Positions 14,069 to 27,614 of a DNA stretch of 64,000 bases are shown here, piece after piece. This stretch comes from Eledone cirrhosa. Taxonomy: Eukaryota. The position numbers and the translations under genes are program-made. Where the stretch lies: positions 59,396,001-59,460,000 of the forward strand of contig OZ024743.1 of assembly GCA_964016885.1 (NCBI GenBank). Direction: 5' to 3'. Below the pieces are notes generated by a model. The model searched no databases and was not told the origin of the DNA. It saw nothing but the letters and a program-made list of their open reading frames with translations. How positions within the stretch are numbered: the stretch's first letter is position 1; each line of letters opens with the position of its first letter.

Positions 14069-15929
14069 TGGGAGCCAATGGCATGACGATATACTGGTGG
14101 TGTCTGTTGGGCCATCCCCATCCCGGCGTTTCTGACTATATGTTATATTTTGGCCATGTGCCGCCTTATTTAGAGCTGCGTTGTAATATTCCGCGTAGTT
14201 ATTGAAAATTTCCTTACTTGCGGACAGGCTGGAGATCCTGTCCGAGACACTCTTCACCACTGCTTTGGTTATGGATCTAGGGTGGTTTGATTTGGCGTTA
14301 ACATATACGAGTTTCTCGTTGGGCTTGTGGTAGGGGTAGTATTGTTCGGTGTTCAGGTTTAGGGTGGTGTCTAGGAAGTTAACTACCTTCCTATTTGGGT
14401 CTAGTTCTATACTGAGCCCCTGGTTCTTAAAGAAATGGCGAATACGCCTCCTCATTCCCTCCAACATATTGGTGCTGTGGTCATATACTATGAATAGAGC
14501 ATCGTCACGATATAATCCGCCGCCCAGGCAGGGGATTTCATCTTTTATCTGCTTCAGCAGTTAGAGCCCAACCAGGTCCGTTACCTGTGCTGAGTCGCTG
14601 GAGCCCATCGTGATGTCAAAGTTATTTGTCCAATCACTCCGCAAGTAAGGAGATATTCAATAACTACGCGGAATATTACAACGCAGCTCTAAATAAGGCA
14701 GGCGGCACGTGGCCAAAATATAACATATAGTCCGAAACGCCGGGATGGAGATGGCCCAACAGACACCCACACCTGCGTTGCTCGGGGGAGGCGAAACCTA
14801 ACAATACAGGCAGAGCAGAAACAAATAGGCACCATGTGCCCGACACCACCACACGGGAGGTGGTGACTAGTACGCTTAACCACGAGATAAAACCCAATAT
14901 GAGTAGCAGTCTCAGGGGTGACGCTAACCACCCCAGGAGCGACGACCCCAACTGCAGGACACGTAGCGGGAGGTGGACGGGGGACCACCCCACGATAGAT
15001 CTCCCAGCGCGGGCAAGGACCACCCCACAGATTCTGGCCCTGAAGATAACAAAAAGCATAGCGCCCAAAGGGGAAGCAACAGTGCGGGAACCACCAGCAA
15101 CCCAACAAATCTACAACAAATCACGACGCCCCCGACCCTCAAATATAGGAGTAGACACAGAAAAATCACGTGGTACAACCCACCCTACTCAGCGGCCCTA
15201 AAGAACAGCTTGGCCCGATCATTCTTTGGAGCACTTGATAAATGCTTCCCGAGGGATCATAGATACAACAGGATCTTCAACAGACACACTGTGAAGCACT
15301 CGTATTCCACCACGAGAAATCTGGCCCAACACATAGCTAGCATCAACAGAAGTAGGCTTAAAAACCACACACAACCAGAAGATGGCAATACAAGCACTCA
15401 GCAGAACCATATGAAAGGAGGGAAGGGGGGGGACCCAGAGCCCACCCAAGAAACCCAAACAGACCCGGGGACCCCCCACCGTGCCTGGGGGAAGACCACC
15501 ATGTAACACATAACGGGAACCCTAATCTAGGCACGCAGAGGTCGACCACCCTCTGCAACTGCAGAAACCCCGAATCATGCCCCCTTGGTAATGAATGCCT
15601 TAAGAAGAACCTAGTATACGGTTGTAGGGTTAAAACCCCCAACTCCGAACACCTCTACATAGGAGCCACATCAACGAGCTTTACAGACCGCTGGTACAAC
15701 CATCGCCATTCATTCACTAAGGAGGCCATAAAGAAGAGCGCGGCTCTCTCTGACCTAATCTGGAAGCTTAAGCTGGACAGGACCCCGTACTCTCTGGCCT
15801 GGTACATAATCAGGAAAGTACCACCCGATAAAGGGGGATCTTGTATATGGAAACTATGCCTGAACGAGACTCTCGAGATACTAAGAGGTGGAAGCGGCCT
15901 GATAAACCTCAGAACCGACTTCTTCGGGA

Positions 15930-16140
15930 CATGCAGACACCTTAGAGCCGGGACCTTCCTCAAGATATATGGACAGTAGCAACACAAGAAGATGTGAACT
16001 CCCTTCAAACTATAGGGATTTCTCCAGAACATGTAGACACCTCTCGGCCAGACCTCCCTCAAGCTATATGGGCAGTAACAACACCCTATGTTGAGAACTC
16101 CCCTCAAGCCATAGGGAACAACCCAGGCTGAGCAGACACC
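15930..16140 (+). repeat. About 100-bp tandem repeat (just over 2 units) overlapping the PLE stop codon
   Basis: catgcagacacc...cctcaagatatatggacagtagcaacac...gaactcccttcaaactataggga is repeated as catgtagacacc...cctcaagctatatgggcagtaacaacac...gaactcccctcaagccataggga. Confidence 0.75.
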
Positions 16141-17256
16141 ATGATAGCCTAGAGATTGAATCGGACAACAGCCATTATAATTTGGCCAACATCTATATAA
16201 CATCAAACACATTTTAATTTACTTGATTTCTGATTTTCAAGTTCCAATTTAAAATCTTGATTTCTCTTTATTAATTTGTTATTTGTTTTCTGTTCTCTTC
16301 ACTGTATCACCTTATATTTATTTTTAAGTTGAGATTGATTATAACACAAACACATTTTGTTTGATTATCTTATTTTAACATCTTGTCCCTCATACCAATC
16401 TATCCAACATATTTCTGACCTTGAGATTGGTTATAGCACACACACACACTTTATCCTACTTTATTTGAGTCTTCATTTTATTTTTCACTTCTCCATATAC
16501 ATTTTCATAACTTTTTCACCAATTTTTCATTTATTCTTTATTCTTTATTCTTTATTCTCTATTTATTATTTATTTTCTGCTTTCTTCATTTATTGCCTTA
16601 TATTTTTTCATATACATGGAATACCGCCCCCCACCCCCCACCACCACCATGAGAGATGGTGGCAGGAGGGATGAAGAAATACACACACAGATACTTCTGA
16701 ATTGTCAGCAGCAGCAAGACATAAGCTGACCACAACACCAACAACACTACCGAAATAATGGTAGAGGTCAAATATACTTAACAATAGCAAACACAAACAC
16801 TACAGGGAGCCTCACACCAGAAGTAATTGTATAGACTTCTGACTGAGGAATGCTCTCAAAACTGACAAATGGGATGTTTGACATTTTTTGTTGTTATTTT
16901 GTTCCTTTACCACCTCGTTCCTTCTACCATTTTATCAATTTGTTAAGCTAACTCCAACAATAACAACACTACCAACACAAAATTGAGGTCAGATGTACCT
17001 AACCATAACAAGAACAACAACTACAGATTGGCTTGCCTCAGAACGAACTTCTATAGACTTTTGAATGAGGAATGTTCTTACAACTGACCAATGAGAGGAG
17101 AAGAGGCCCTTTGACACTGGAATTCGTTTGTTTGAATTCATATGATTCCAGTTCCTCAGTGAAATAACAACCCAACCAGGAACTGGGCATATCAGAGGAT
17201 TGACAAAATTATACACCTCAACAACATATGTACTTGTCTATACCACACTAATTCGG

Positions 17257-17311
17257 ACTGCCTGAAGAGGTCACGGCCAAAGATGGTTGTCACCGAAATA
17301 TATATAGCAGT
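17257..17311 (+). ncRNA. Intact type I hammerhead ribozyme
   Basis: Stem I ACTGC/GCAGT; core CTGAAGA 17262-17268; stem II GGT-c-ACGGCCA aaga TGGTTGT-c-ACC; GAAA 17295-17298; palindromic stem III ATATATAT; AUA site, predicted cleavage after 17306. Confidence 0.9.
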
Positions 17312-17546
17312 AATAAACGAAGCTACATTTTAAACATTTGACATTTTATTTAACTTTATTTAATATATATATATATTTTTTTATTTTTTATTTTTTATTA
17401 TAGCAGTTTAAAGGGTCCTTCGAGCTGCCGATTATTGAGTCGTGTAAGATCGATACAGATCGAACCTTGAGCTGATCAGTGGCGAAACGCGCGTCACCTA
17501 CCAATAAATGTAATGAAGGAGTAACCAATCGTCCTTATTATCATTT

Positions 17547-17589
<43 letters not shown>

Positions 17590-17919
17590 GTTTAACAGCA
17601 GAGGCCTCGTGTTGTCCCTCTCCGACAAAACATTTTCCACTCGGAAAAAACCTGTAGTTGGATGTTCTATCCGAAATATAGGGACAATTAAATTACTTCC
17701 AAGATAGTACTATGTCATGTTATTATTTTTACACTTTTCCTACGTACCTTTACGCACTCTACGTCTCTTTCTAGGGTTCCTTTTAAACCCCCTCTCTCTT
17801 TCTAATTACCGCCTGGTTCTGTTTCCCGGAAATTTACGCATCTGCATTGTTGATGCTCCGAAATCGACCATTTATATATATATATATAAATGGTCGATTT
17901 CGGAGCATAAATCGACCAT

Positions 17920-18408
<489 letters not shown>

Positions 18409-18844
18409 GTTTTCCATGTATAGATGCTAACACGTCATCAAGGATATTCTTAAATATTGACATATATAAATACTTACAAATCGGTACACATAATTATGTT
18501 GTTAGAAAAGAACATTCAATATTGTCAATTGGTTAATTTTTCATTTCATAAAATCCGCGAAGGTGAGAATGTAATGTGCGTTTAAACAATATAGGTAGAT
18601 ACATACGTATGTAATTGTTTCTAGACGCATAGGAACTGAAAAGCGCAGTGAACGTACAAACAACTCCTACACATTTAAGCATATAGTTATCCGCACGTGC
18701 ATCTACACATGCAGAGCACACATTTCTTTCTCTGCTGTATCTAACTCCGCCTACAATCTGTTTATAGAAGAAAAACATTAATTATCTTTAGCTTTTATAG
18801 AGTAAAGATGTTGTTGTTGTTATCATTATTTAATATATCTTATA

Positions 18845-19032
18845 GGGCGGTGTATTGGCAGTATCGGTAGAGAGTCGGATGCAATGCTTTGCAGCATAGA
18901 GTTTTGGCCCTTTATGGTCTGAGTTCAAATCTCGCCGAGGTTAACTTAGCCTTTAATCCTTATGGGGTCGATAAAATAAAGTACCAGTAATGCACTGGAT
19001 AATTACGGGACTTGTGCCAAAAAGTAGAAATA
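18845..19032 (+). mobile_element. tRNA-derived SINE, full length
   Basis: GGCGGTGTAT-TGGCAGTATCGG (box A)...GAGTTCAAATCT (box B)...body...cttgtgccaaaaagtagaaa. Confidence 0.87.
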
Positions 19033-19044
19033 AATACTTAATAT

Positions 19045-19206
19045 ATCTTTTTTTTTTCTATTTATTCATTGTTAACTGTTTTTTGTATTGTATATGTTTA
19101 CTCAATTTGTTTGTACCCCATCCCGCATGGTCTGTGTCTGTGTATTGTCCCCTAGATGTCGGCCCTTGTGGCTACTAAATAAAATCATCATCATTATTAT
19201 TATTAT
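19045..19206 (+). mobile_element. Solo 3' UTR of a Tx1-clade element
   Basis: tgtattgtcccctagatgtcggcccttgtggctactaaataaaatcat-(ATT)n matches 48140-48200. Confidence 0.75.
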
Positions 19207-19355
19207 CCCGCCTATGTTAATTTTGCCTTTCATCCTTACGGGGTCGATAAAATAAAGTACTAGTCATGCACTGGGTAGATTTATTCGACTGCCCCGCCTC
19301 CAAAATTGCTGGCTTTGTGCTTATAAAAAACGATTATTATTATTATTATTATTAT
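19207..19355 (+). mobile_element. 5'-truncated tRNA-SINE with (ATT)n tail
   Basis: gcctttcatccttacggggtcgataaaataaagtac...gctggctttgtgc...attattatt. Confidence 0.8.
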
Positions 19356-20828
19356 GTTCATACGAGTTATCACCAACTCACACCCAGTGACCTCAAGAGA
19401 CAACAACGTACGCCATGTTCAAGAAAGAACACACATACACACACATGCATCTTTAGGTGTTTAGACTTGTGATGTACTTATATTGACAGAATCTTCCTTA
19501 GTATATGGGCAGTTCCCATTAGTACTATCTTTTGTATTTCTCTGATACGCGTGTTTCCTGGGATTTGCGATAAGTAATCATTAGACCCCTTATGTATCAT
19601 TCCTACAGCGCCTACAACCACTGGTATCGTTTTAGTTCTCAATTTCCACATTTTTCCAATTTCTATCTCCAGGACGTTATACTTGCACAATTTTTCAAAT
19701 ATTTTTATAGATACATTCTTATCTATTGGAACGGACATATCAATTAGCAGGCATACCCTCTTTTTAAAGTCCTTCAGTATTATATCAGGTCTATTTGCAT
19801 CTATTTTTCGGTCTGTTTGGATTCTAAAGTTCTACAAGATTGAGATGTCATCTTTTTGAAGTACCGGAGCAGGTCAAAATGTTTACACATTACCAATGTA
19901 TGTATTGTGCAGCTCTGCCGTACCTGTTTAGGTATTCGGTTGGAGCTATAGAACTGCACATTAAAATTATATGATCAATGGTCTCTGGTTGTTTTTTACA
20001 TACACGGCATAATGGGTTGCATCAATTTTTGATAATGTTGGCTAGGTAATTTTTTGTTGGCAGTCACTGATCTTGTGCTGATATAATTAGTCTTTCAGTC
20101 TCCGATTTCAGTCCAGAGGATGCCAACCACTGATGGGTTAAAGTTTTGTCAACATCAGGATTGTTAGCTCATTCTGGGTATTTTCCATACAGAGGCTTTT
20201 CTTGCCATTTCTTAGCCAGTTTCTGTAGCAGTTCTTTCTTTGCAGTTACTTTTAACTGCTTTCCTTTTATTGTGTTTTCCATTTCACCAGTAAATGGGAC
20301 TTCTTAGATTGGTAGTCCATTACTGTATCTTTGTGCATCTTTTGTAATGGAGTATGATCTTTTGATGCTTTCGTTTTTCAAAACGAGTTTGATCACCCAA
20401 TCATATCATTCCCTTAGGTATGTAGATAATCCAATTGTTACAATTTTCAACGCAATATCTAACTGGATTAACCCACGTCCTTCTTCTTTCCTAGGGAGAT
20501 ATATTCTATCTTTATCTGACTTAGGGTGATGCATTATGTGCCTGTTTAAGCATTTTCTAATTTTTGTATCGAGCCTACGGATCTCTGTGCTTGACCAGTT
20601 GATGACATTGCAACTGTAAGTTACTCCTGGTATGGCAAGCGTATTTATGGCATCGATCCTATTACTTGCATTCAATTCCGTTCTTAAGATTGCTCTTACT
20701 CTGCCTTAAGATTCTTCCTTAGCCTTTCCCTCATTGTCGAGTGCTTGATTCCGCCTCCTTCACAAACACCTAGATATTTGTAAGTTTCCCCTTGATCAAG
20801 TTCTCTTATAACGTTCCCCCGATCAAGA
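19356..20828 (-). mobile_element. R4/Dong family B, 5'-truncated copy
   Basis: YKYLG, DRIYLPRKEEGRGL, C..C....ETIDHI...C, NRPDI, IDMSVP, IQKIVLMGTAHILRKILSI*. 3' UTR nearly identical to 53175-53330 and 54129-54280. Confidence 0.9.
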
Positions 20829-23800
20829 TTATTATTATTGTTCTTTGAGTCTCAGTCATTGATGTTATTTAACTGGAGAGTTTGTTGAAATGAATATCAA
20901 GCCCCTACCTGCAGTCTCAGATATTCAGGACGTATCGGAGGTTTCTTGCTGTTCCCAGCAAGCATGCCTTTTGAAGTGTTCCAAAAAGCGGGGCGAGACC
21001 AATTTTCTTTATCGATCATTGGAAATTATTTGAGATAGTACCTAGTGCGCCTATGACAATCGGGACCACTTTGACTTCATGGCAGTTCAAAATACTTTGT
21101 ATCTCCCACTTTAAATCCTGGTATTGGTTAATTTTCTCCCTTTCCTTCTCTTGCACTCTTTTGTCGAATGGGCAGCCTACATCCACAATCAGGCACGATA
21201 ATTTTTCCTTGTCCACAACCACCAGGACATCTCTATTGTGTTCCTGTTTCTTGTCCGTCTGTATTCTAAAATCCCACAGCACCTTCACCTGATCGTTTTC
21301 TATCACCGACTCTGGCTTTTCCTCATACCACTTCTCAGAATGCGGTAAATTGTTTAATTTGCATATGTGCCAGTCGATGACCCTGCCCATCATGTCTCCA
21401 GCATTTTTAGTGAGTCTGGCCTAGGTGTTTACACTAGGACACAATGTGAGCCACAGTCTCCTCTCTCTCTCCACAGATCCTACACAGTGCGCTAGCCTCC
21501 TCCTTGTAAATATGGTGTTTCACCCACTTCGTTTTGAGGGCCTGCACTTGCGCAGCCATTAGCATTACTTCTGTAGCCTTTTTAAGGTCTCCTCTTTTCA
21601 ACCAGTTCCATGTCTGTGGATCTCTGAATTCAGTTTTCTCAAAGAAGGTAATATGAAGGGATTTTTCAGGAAGGTTGCTCTTTCTCTTTGTTGTTATTTA
21701 CTCCTTGGATATCTCCTGGTCTATTGTCCTCTCCTTCAGTACAATTCTGATCATTGGCTCCCTACTATCAGCCATGTATTTGTGTAGGTTGTTTTTTTCC
21801 ACCTGAACACAGTCCTCTATGCTGATAAGACCTCTTCCACCTTCAGATCTCCTTAAGTAGAGTCTATCGACATCACTCCTCTTGTGGAACATGTTGTAGA
21901 TAGTCAATAGCTTCCTAGTCTTCCTATCCATTTCTTTTTGTTCAGCAACATTCCATCTCAGAATTCCTGCACTGTACCTAATAATAGACACAGCTAGGGA
22001 ATTTACTGCACTTATGACATTCCTACTGTTCAGATGTGATTTTAATACGCTCCTTACTCTCCGAATGTAATCAGATCTTATCAATTCCTTCATTTTTTGG
22101 TTCTTGATGCCATCAGCCTCCAGAACGCCTAAATATTTGTATCCTTCTTCCGTGTCAATTTCCTTTATCATCTCACCTGTTGGTACCTGGATTCTGTATC
22201 TTCTGCTCAATTTACCCCTCTTCATCACAAGGAATCCACACTTACTAATACCAAATTGCATACATATATCATTGCTGAAAATTTGGACAGTGTCATCAAG
22301 CACATCAAACTCCTTCTCACTCTTCCCGAAGAGCTTAAGATCGTCCATGAAGAGGAGATGATTGATGGTAAGCTCTCCCTTTCCCACCTTGTATCCTGCT
22401 CTCACTTTTCGCAGTATAATGGTCAGGGGCATCAGGGCAAGGACAAACAACAGAGGAGACAGACTATCTCCCTGGAAGATACCTCTCTTGATCTTCACGC
22501 CTACCAATGATTCTCCAGCCGATGTTAACTCTGTTTTCCAGGACTTCATACTTTTGCTCAACAACTGTCTGATGTTGTCTGCCACCTTGAAGATCTCTAG
22601 GCTTTTGGTGATCCAAGAATGAGGCACCATGTCAAATACCTTTTTGTAGTCTATCTATCCCATGGCAAGACCTGTGTGTCTCCTCTTGCAATTCCTCATT
22701 ACCATCTTATCAATAAATAATTGGTCCTCTGTACCACGGGACTTCTTTCGGCACCCTTTCTGTTCGTCCGGTAACAAGTTGTTTATGTGGAGGTGATGGT
22801 AGATTTCCTCAGACACAATGGTTGTTAACAGTTTCCACATTACGGACAGGCATGTGATAGGTTTAAAGTTGGTAACATTATTACCCTTGATTCGGGCTTT
22901 CATTACCAGAACTGTGATACCTTTTGTCAACCACTCTGGTACCTCAGCTGACATCAAGCAGTCATTGAACATGGTTGTCAGTTTCGGGTGGAGGGATGTT
23001 ATATGTTTCATCCAATACCCCTGCACACCATCTGGGCCTGGTGATTTCCTGTTGGTTAGGTTTTTGGCCTACCCCTTAAGAGTTTCAACTGTGATACTCA
23101 AATCTCTTTGTTGGTGTGCGTGTTCAATAATCTCCTTTTGTACTGTCTCAATCCACGCTGCCTGACTATTATGTTCAGCATCCTCCTCCCATATTCCTCT
23201 CCAGAATCTCTTAGTCGGTTCCGCCTCAGGTATCAAGTCGTTGCCTCTTTCTTTCCCTTCAAGCTGTCCAAACAACATCTTCTGGTCGTGGTCAAACATG
23301 CGGTACATTCTATACTGACTGACTCTGTTCTCATACTACCTAATCTTTGCACTTGTTGCTACAATACGTTGCTTCAGTTCCTCTATGATAATATTTAGCT
23401 TTTTCCCCTAGTTTTGTACTTTATTTCCAATCCATCTTCAGTGTCTATATTTTGTAATGTCCCATTCAGTAAGGACTCAAGCTTTCATTGTCTTTTCTCA
23501 TTTCCTTGAGTTGACCATTCAGTCGTTTATTCCACCAAGATTCTGATCTTTCTTGTTTATTGTTTCCTTCTCGCTTTTATGCCAAGTAATTTCCCCACCG
23601 CATTTGCTGTTGCCTTGAGGATATTCTTGCATTGGTGAAGGCTCCTCGCCTCAATGTATGGGATGACTTTGTTTACCTTAGCTGTTGTTTCTTTTAACTT
23701 TTACCTGTATACAAATCTTAGGTTCCCACTATCCTTGTTCATTTCATCTACCACTAAGTTTAGGATATCAACCAAATCTTATCCTAGCCCGTCCGCATTA

Positions 23801-24925
23801 ATTTCCTCAATGGCCGTATCTTAGTTCCAGGTATTATTTATTTCAGCATTTCAAGGGGTGGTGTATTGGCAGTATCGGTAGAGGGTCGGACGCCATGTTT
23901 TCTAGCATCGTTACGGCCCTTTACTGTCTGAGTTCAAATCCCGCCGAGGTTAACTTTGCCTTTCATCCTTACGGTGTCGATAAAATAAAGTAGCAGTAAT
24001 GTACTGGGTAAATGCTAGCCTTGTGCCTAAAGTAGAAATAATTATTTATTTCAGCATTCAGATCATTCTCTGCTTCGGATGGTTCCTCCGTTCTCTCAAC
24101 CTCTTCACCTTCATTTCCCACTGACTCGTTTGCCTGGCATACTCCACTCTCCATTTCCAACCTAATCTCTCTGCTCAGTTCCTCCAGTTCCAGCTCGCTT
24201 ATCCACCCATTAGTTCTTATTACCCGAGCCTGCCCAGCCAATTTTTGTTCATCTAATTTAAATAGACCAATCTCGTTCCAGGTGTTATGCATCCGTTTCC
24301 TATAGCCTTTTTCCTTGGGGTTACTCTTCAGGTAACATTGCATAACAGTTCTATTCAATTATTTCGTCCAGTTGGTTTTATTCCCTTTCCTTCTTCCTCT
24401 TCCTCCAACACCAGCAGTATTTGGATGACAGCCAGATCCCTGCTGCTGGGCCAGGGATCACCTACTGGGTGAGAGTCTGTCACATGACATTCCAGTCTCC
24501 ACTTCACCGTTATTCGAACTGTTTAGGTTCGACATTTAAGCACTCATATCGAGGATTGGTGAATGTATGGTGACATAACTACCGGTGATTTCATCACCCC
24601 CGGTGATTTTAGCGTGGCACCATCACGCTGTAGACGAACATAAATAAACAAACAATCAAATAGATAAAAACCTAAAAAAACAAAAATAAACATAAGTTTC
24701 ATTGTAATGTTTGAATGTCTGACTTATCTTATTTATTTTTTTTTATATTTATTTTTCTCCTTTGCGTTTTTCGTTTTACAAGGCCAGTAACATCGGTTAC
24801 TAGTGTTGTTGTTGCTGTTGCTGTTAAGGGACGTAGGGGTTGTTGTGGTCAAAACTTTTGAAATTTGTGTTTGTTGTTCGGTTTGCTTGTCTGTTTTCTG
24901 TTCGATAAATTTTCGACTATAATTT
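20829..24925 (-). mobile_element. R4/Dong family A copy 2, inverted relative to copy 1, with nested SINE
   Basis: Colinear reverse-complement similarity to 9440-13300. ORFs 21698-22630 (GIFQGDSLSP, FMDDLKL), 22655-23026, 21016-21393. Confidence 0.93.
23851..24040 (+). mobile_element. tRNA-SINE inserted in Dong A2 with 18-bp target-site duplication
   Basis: TSD ATTATTTATTTCAGCATT at 23833-23850 and 24041-24058. The paralogous site in copy 1 (about 10329-10352) is empty. Confidence 0.92.
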
Positions 24926-24934
24926 TTTCTATAT

Positions 24935-25040
24935 TTTTTTTTCCCCTTTCATCCCTACGGGGCCGACACCACAAAGCACCTGCAACACACTGGGACAATT
25001 GCTGGCCCCGTGCGAAAAGTAGAAGCAATTATTATTATTA
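24935..25040 (+). mobile_element. Degenerate partial tRNA-SINE at the position equivalent to 9222-9404
   Basis: cctttcatccctacggggccgac...gctggccccgtgcgaaaagtagaagcaattattatt. Confidence 0.7.
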
Positions 25041-25380
25041 TATTATAGTTTAGATTTGACAACGTTTAAACTAAACATTTTGAGAGTTTAGAGATACAAC
25101 AACATAATTATTTTGGTGTTGTTGTTGTTAGCTGTTTGACCGTGTCACTAACCCAGTCTATTTATATCTTTTGATACCCACCTCGCTTCTTTTTATGTGT
25201 AGCGGTACCGCAACCCCTCTCTTAAGTAGTGAGGGAATAGTGGCGGTAGTGATGATGCAGCGGCGTCGGTGGTGGTGGTTCTGGTGTAGATCATTCCTTT
25301 ATCGAAGTTCTTTTTGCATATAGAGTGCTGTTTGGACATACATACAATATATACACCAGATGTAAGCGCACAATCACACA

Positions 25381-25458
<78 letters not shown>

Positions 25459-25461
<3 letters not shown>

Positions 25462-27145
25462 ATAATAAATTTGAAGACTAAAATCTAAAGAGGGCTCGAT
25501 AAGGATAAATATATATCAAATATATAAGAACCGTAGAGCAAATATTTATTAAAATAACATATTAAAGTTTAAGCAAAGAATCGTTGCTTTCACCCTTAAC
25601 GGGATCTTCTGAAACTAGCAAAGTCAATCTGTGAACGCAGCATTGAATATTTCAAAACACGTTACAACCGGAGGAAGACAGGAAGACGATACTTTGGTTC
25701 GTGGAAACGTTCCCTGGCAAAGAACGGGAAAAAACGAATATAATACGTCATTATTTGGAGCGGTGAAAAACAATTACACGCAAAGACAAAACCACGTTTA
25801 TGGTATAAAAGAAGTCGTAGACTAATATTCTATTAGGTGGTTCATAGAGACGTACTCTGGCAATGAACGGAAAAAACGAAGAAAATATGTTATATGTGGA
25901 GCGTGGAGAACAATTGTCGCAAAGATAAAACCACGTAAATGGTATAACTAAAGTCGTAGACTAGAATTCTAACAAGGAAACCGAATGATTCTCGGCTACA
26001 GAGTTAAGAATAAAGTAAATAAAATACAGAGGTAATTGAAATTAAATAAATACATACACGCATCAATAAACGTACATACACAAGCATACGCAAAAACACT
26101 CGCCATACGTATACAAATACACGCACATACGTATACAAATACACAACCCCCCCCCCCCTCGCCTCCCGCATATATATATATATTAATAAGAGGAATTCCA
26201 ACTTTGTCTGATTTACTTGTTTTATTTACAATCCTTTAAAATTATAATGATATTATAATGAAATAGTATGGTAAAATATTAAGTGTTAAGTGTTAATTGC
26301 ACAAGTACTTTCATGCTTTCGCAATCTTCAGGTACATATTCAGTAGTGACAGTCAACTTTGCAGTTTTCAACTGTAATGAGATGGCTAAATTCTGTGCCT
26401 TATATACAGTAAAAAGGGGGCTACAGAATGCTAATTTTGTAAACTGCATTTCGACCAATCGGTGTGTAGTTTCACTAGATTACTAAAGCTGATTGGTTTA
26501 GGCTCCACGGTTGGTTGAGCATGGCTAACGACTTCTATTTGACCCTATCCAAAGCATCAAGTGTTTTGCTATTTTTAGAAATGATGAAAATAGCATTTTC
26601 TAGGGTTTTTATAAAAAATCTTCAGTAATCATCACTATCAACATCACTTTTATTATTATTGTTGTTGTTAGTGGTGGTAGTTGACTTGCTCGTAGGCATA
26701 GTCATAGTAGAAGTAAATACCCCTAAGGATTATTATTGGTCATTTAGCTTGGGTTGGAATTTATCAATAAAATTATTTTCTTTAATTTTTCTCTTGATTT
26801 CACTTGGGCTGTGTAATTTGTCTAATGGAAATAGTATAAATATTTTCTGATAGATGGTTACTCAGGGGTATCTGACGGACATTTGGGTCTCTGATTTGCT
26901 GTCGGTGCACCCGTGCACGTTCCGATAGTGCATTTCCAGTTTGACCGACATATAGTTCTTCACAATTCGGAAATTTAATGCAGTAAATTAGATTTCTCCT
27001 TTTGCAGTTCATATTTGCATTTGGGAATATTTTTCAGCTTTTGTGTTCATATATTGACCAGTGTGTATGGATTGACATGTGCAACATCGACTATCATTGC
27101 ATTTAAATACAGTGAATGATTGGTCTTTTTTATTAAGGTCAAACT
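25459..27145 (-). mobile_element. Penelope-like element 3' fragment (GIY-YIG plus long 3' UTR)
   Basis: FKCNDSRCCTC...NCKRRNLIYCIKFPNCEELYVGQTGNALSERARVHRQQI...FIDKFQPKLN. Degenerate hammerhead at 25583-25615(-): cagaaga-t-ccc gttaa ggg-t-gaaa. Terminus abuts (TA)n. Assignment of the whole UTR to this element is inferred. Confidence 0.75.
25721..25971. repeat. About 142-bp diverged tandem duplication
   Basis: gaacgg(g)aaaaaacgaa...tggagcg...caatt...cgcaaaga.aaaaccacgt..atggtataa...agtcgtagacta..attcta occurs twice. Confidence 0.8.
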
Positions 27146-27269
27146 CTACCAAGAAAGGGCGCCTTTACCTTTACCGTATACAGGCACACAGATACACACA
27201 GGCACACACCCATGCATACACAAACACACACACACACACATAAACGCACACAAATACACTATATACATA

Positions 27270-27425
<156 letters not shown>

Positions 27426-27519
27426 ATATATATTTGAAAATAGAAAAGAATGACTTCACTTGTAGTTCTAAACAATTTGATTTAATTTTATATTATAATA
27501 TTATGAGTTGGTAGATCGA

Positions 27520-27612
<93 letters not shown>

Positions 27613-27614
<2 letters not shown>

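Larger units (their letters stand above)
14069..17362 (+). mobile_element. Penelope-like element (Naiad-type) with inverted 5' segment
   Basis: About 14095-14640 encodes RT on the minus strand (MGSSDSAQV.DL.G, YRDD, FLDTTLNL, YHKPN...SNHP). 14641-15979 on the plus strand encodes RKITWYNPPYS...IFNRHTVKHSYS, CNCRNPESCPLGNECL, LVYGC...YIGATSTSFTDRWYNH...CRH, stop 15977-15979. Hammerhead at 17257-17311, AATAAA at 17312, TA tract. Confidence 0.9.

Noticed and set aside
15540-15979. Selenocysteine recoding, reported for some Naiad PLEs
   Set aside because: No in-frame TGA at Cys positions in the linker or GIY-YIG region read here, and no SECIS recognised by eye.
17611-17688. Hammerhead at ttgtccct...ggatg ttc tatcc-gaaatata-gggacaa
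   Set aside because: Stems and GAAA are present but there is no CUGANGA core; at best a disrupted remnant.
18845-18940. tRNA gene
   Set aside because: Box A and B belong to the SINE head; no cloverleaf, and it is followed by the SINE body.
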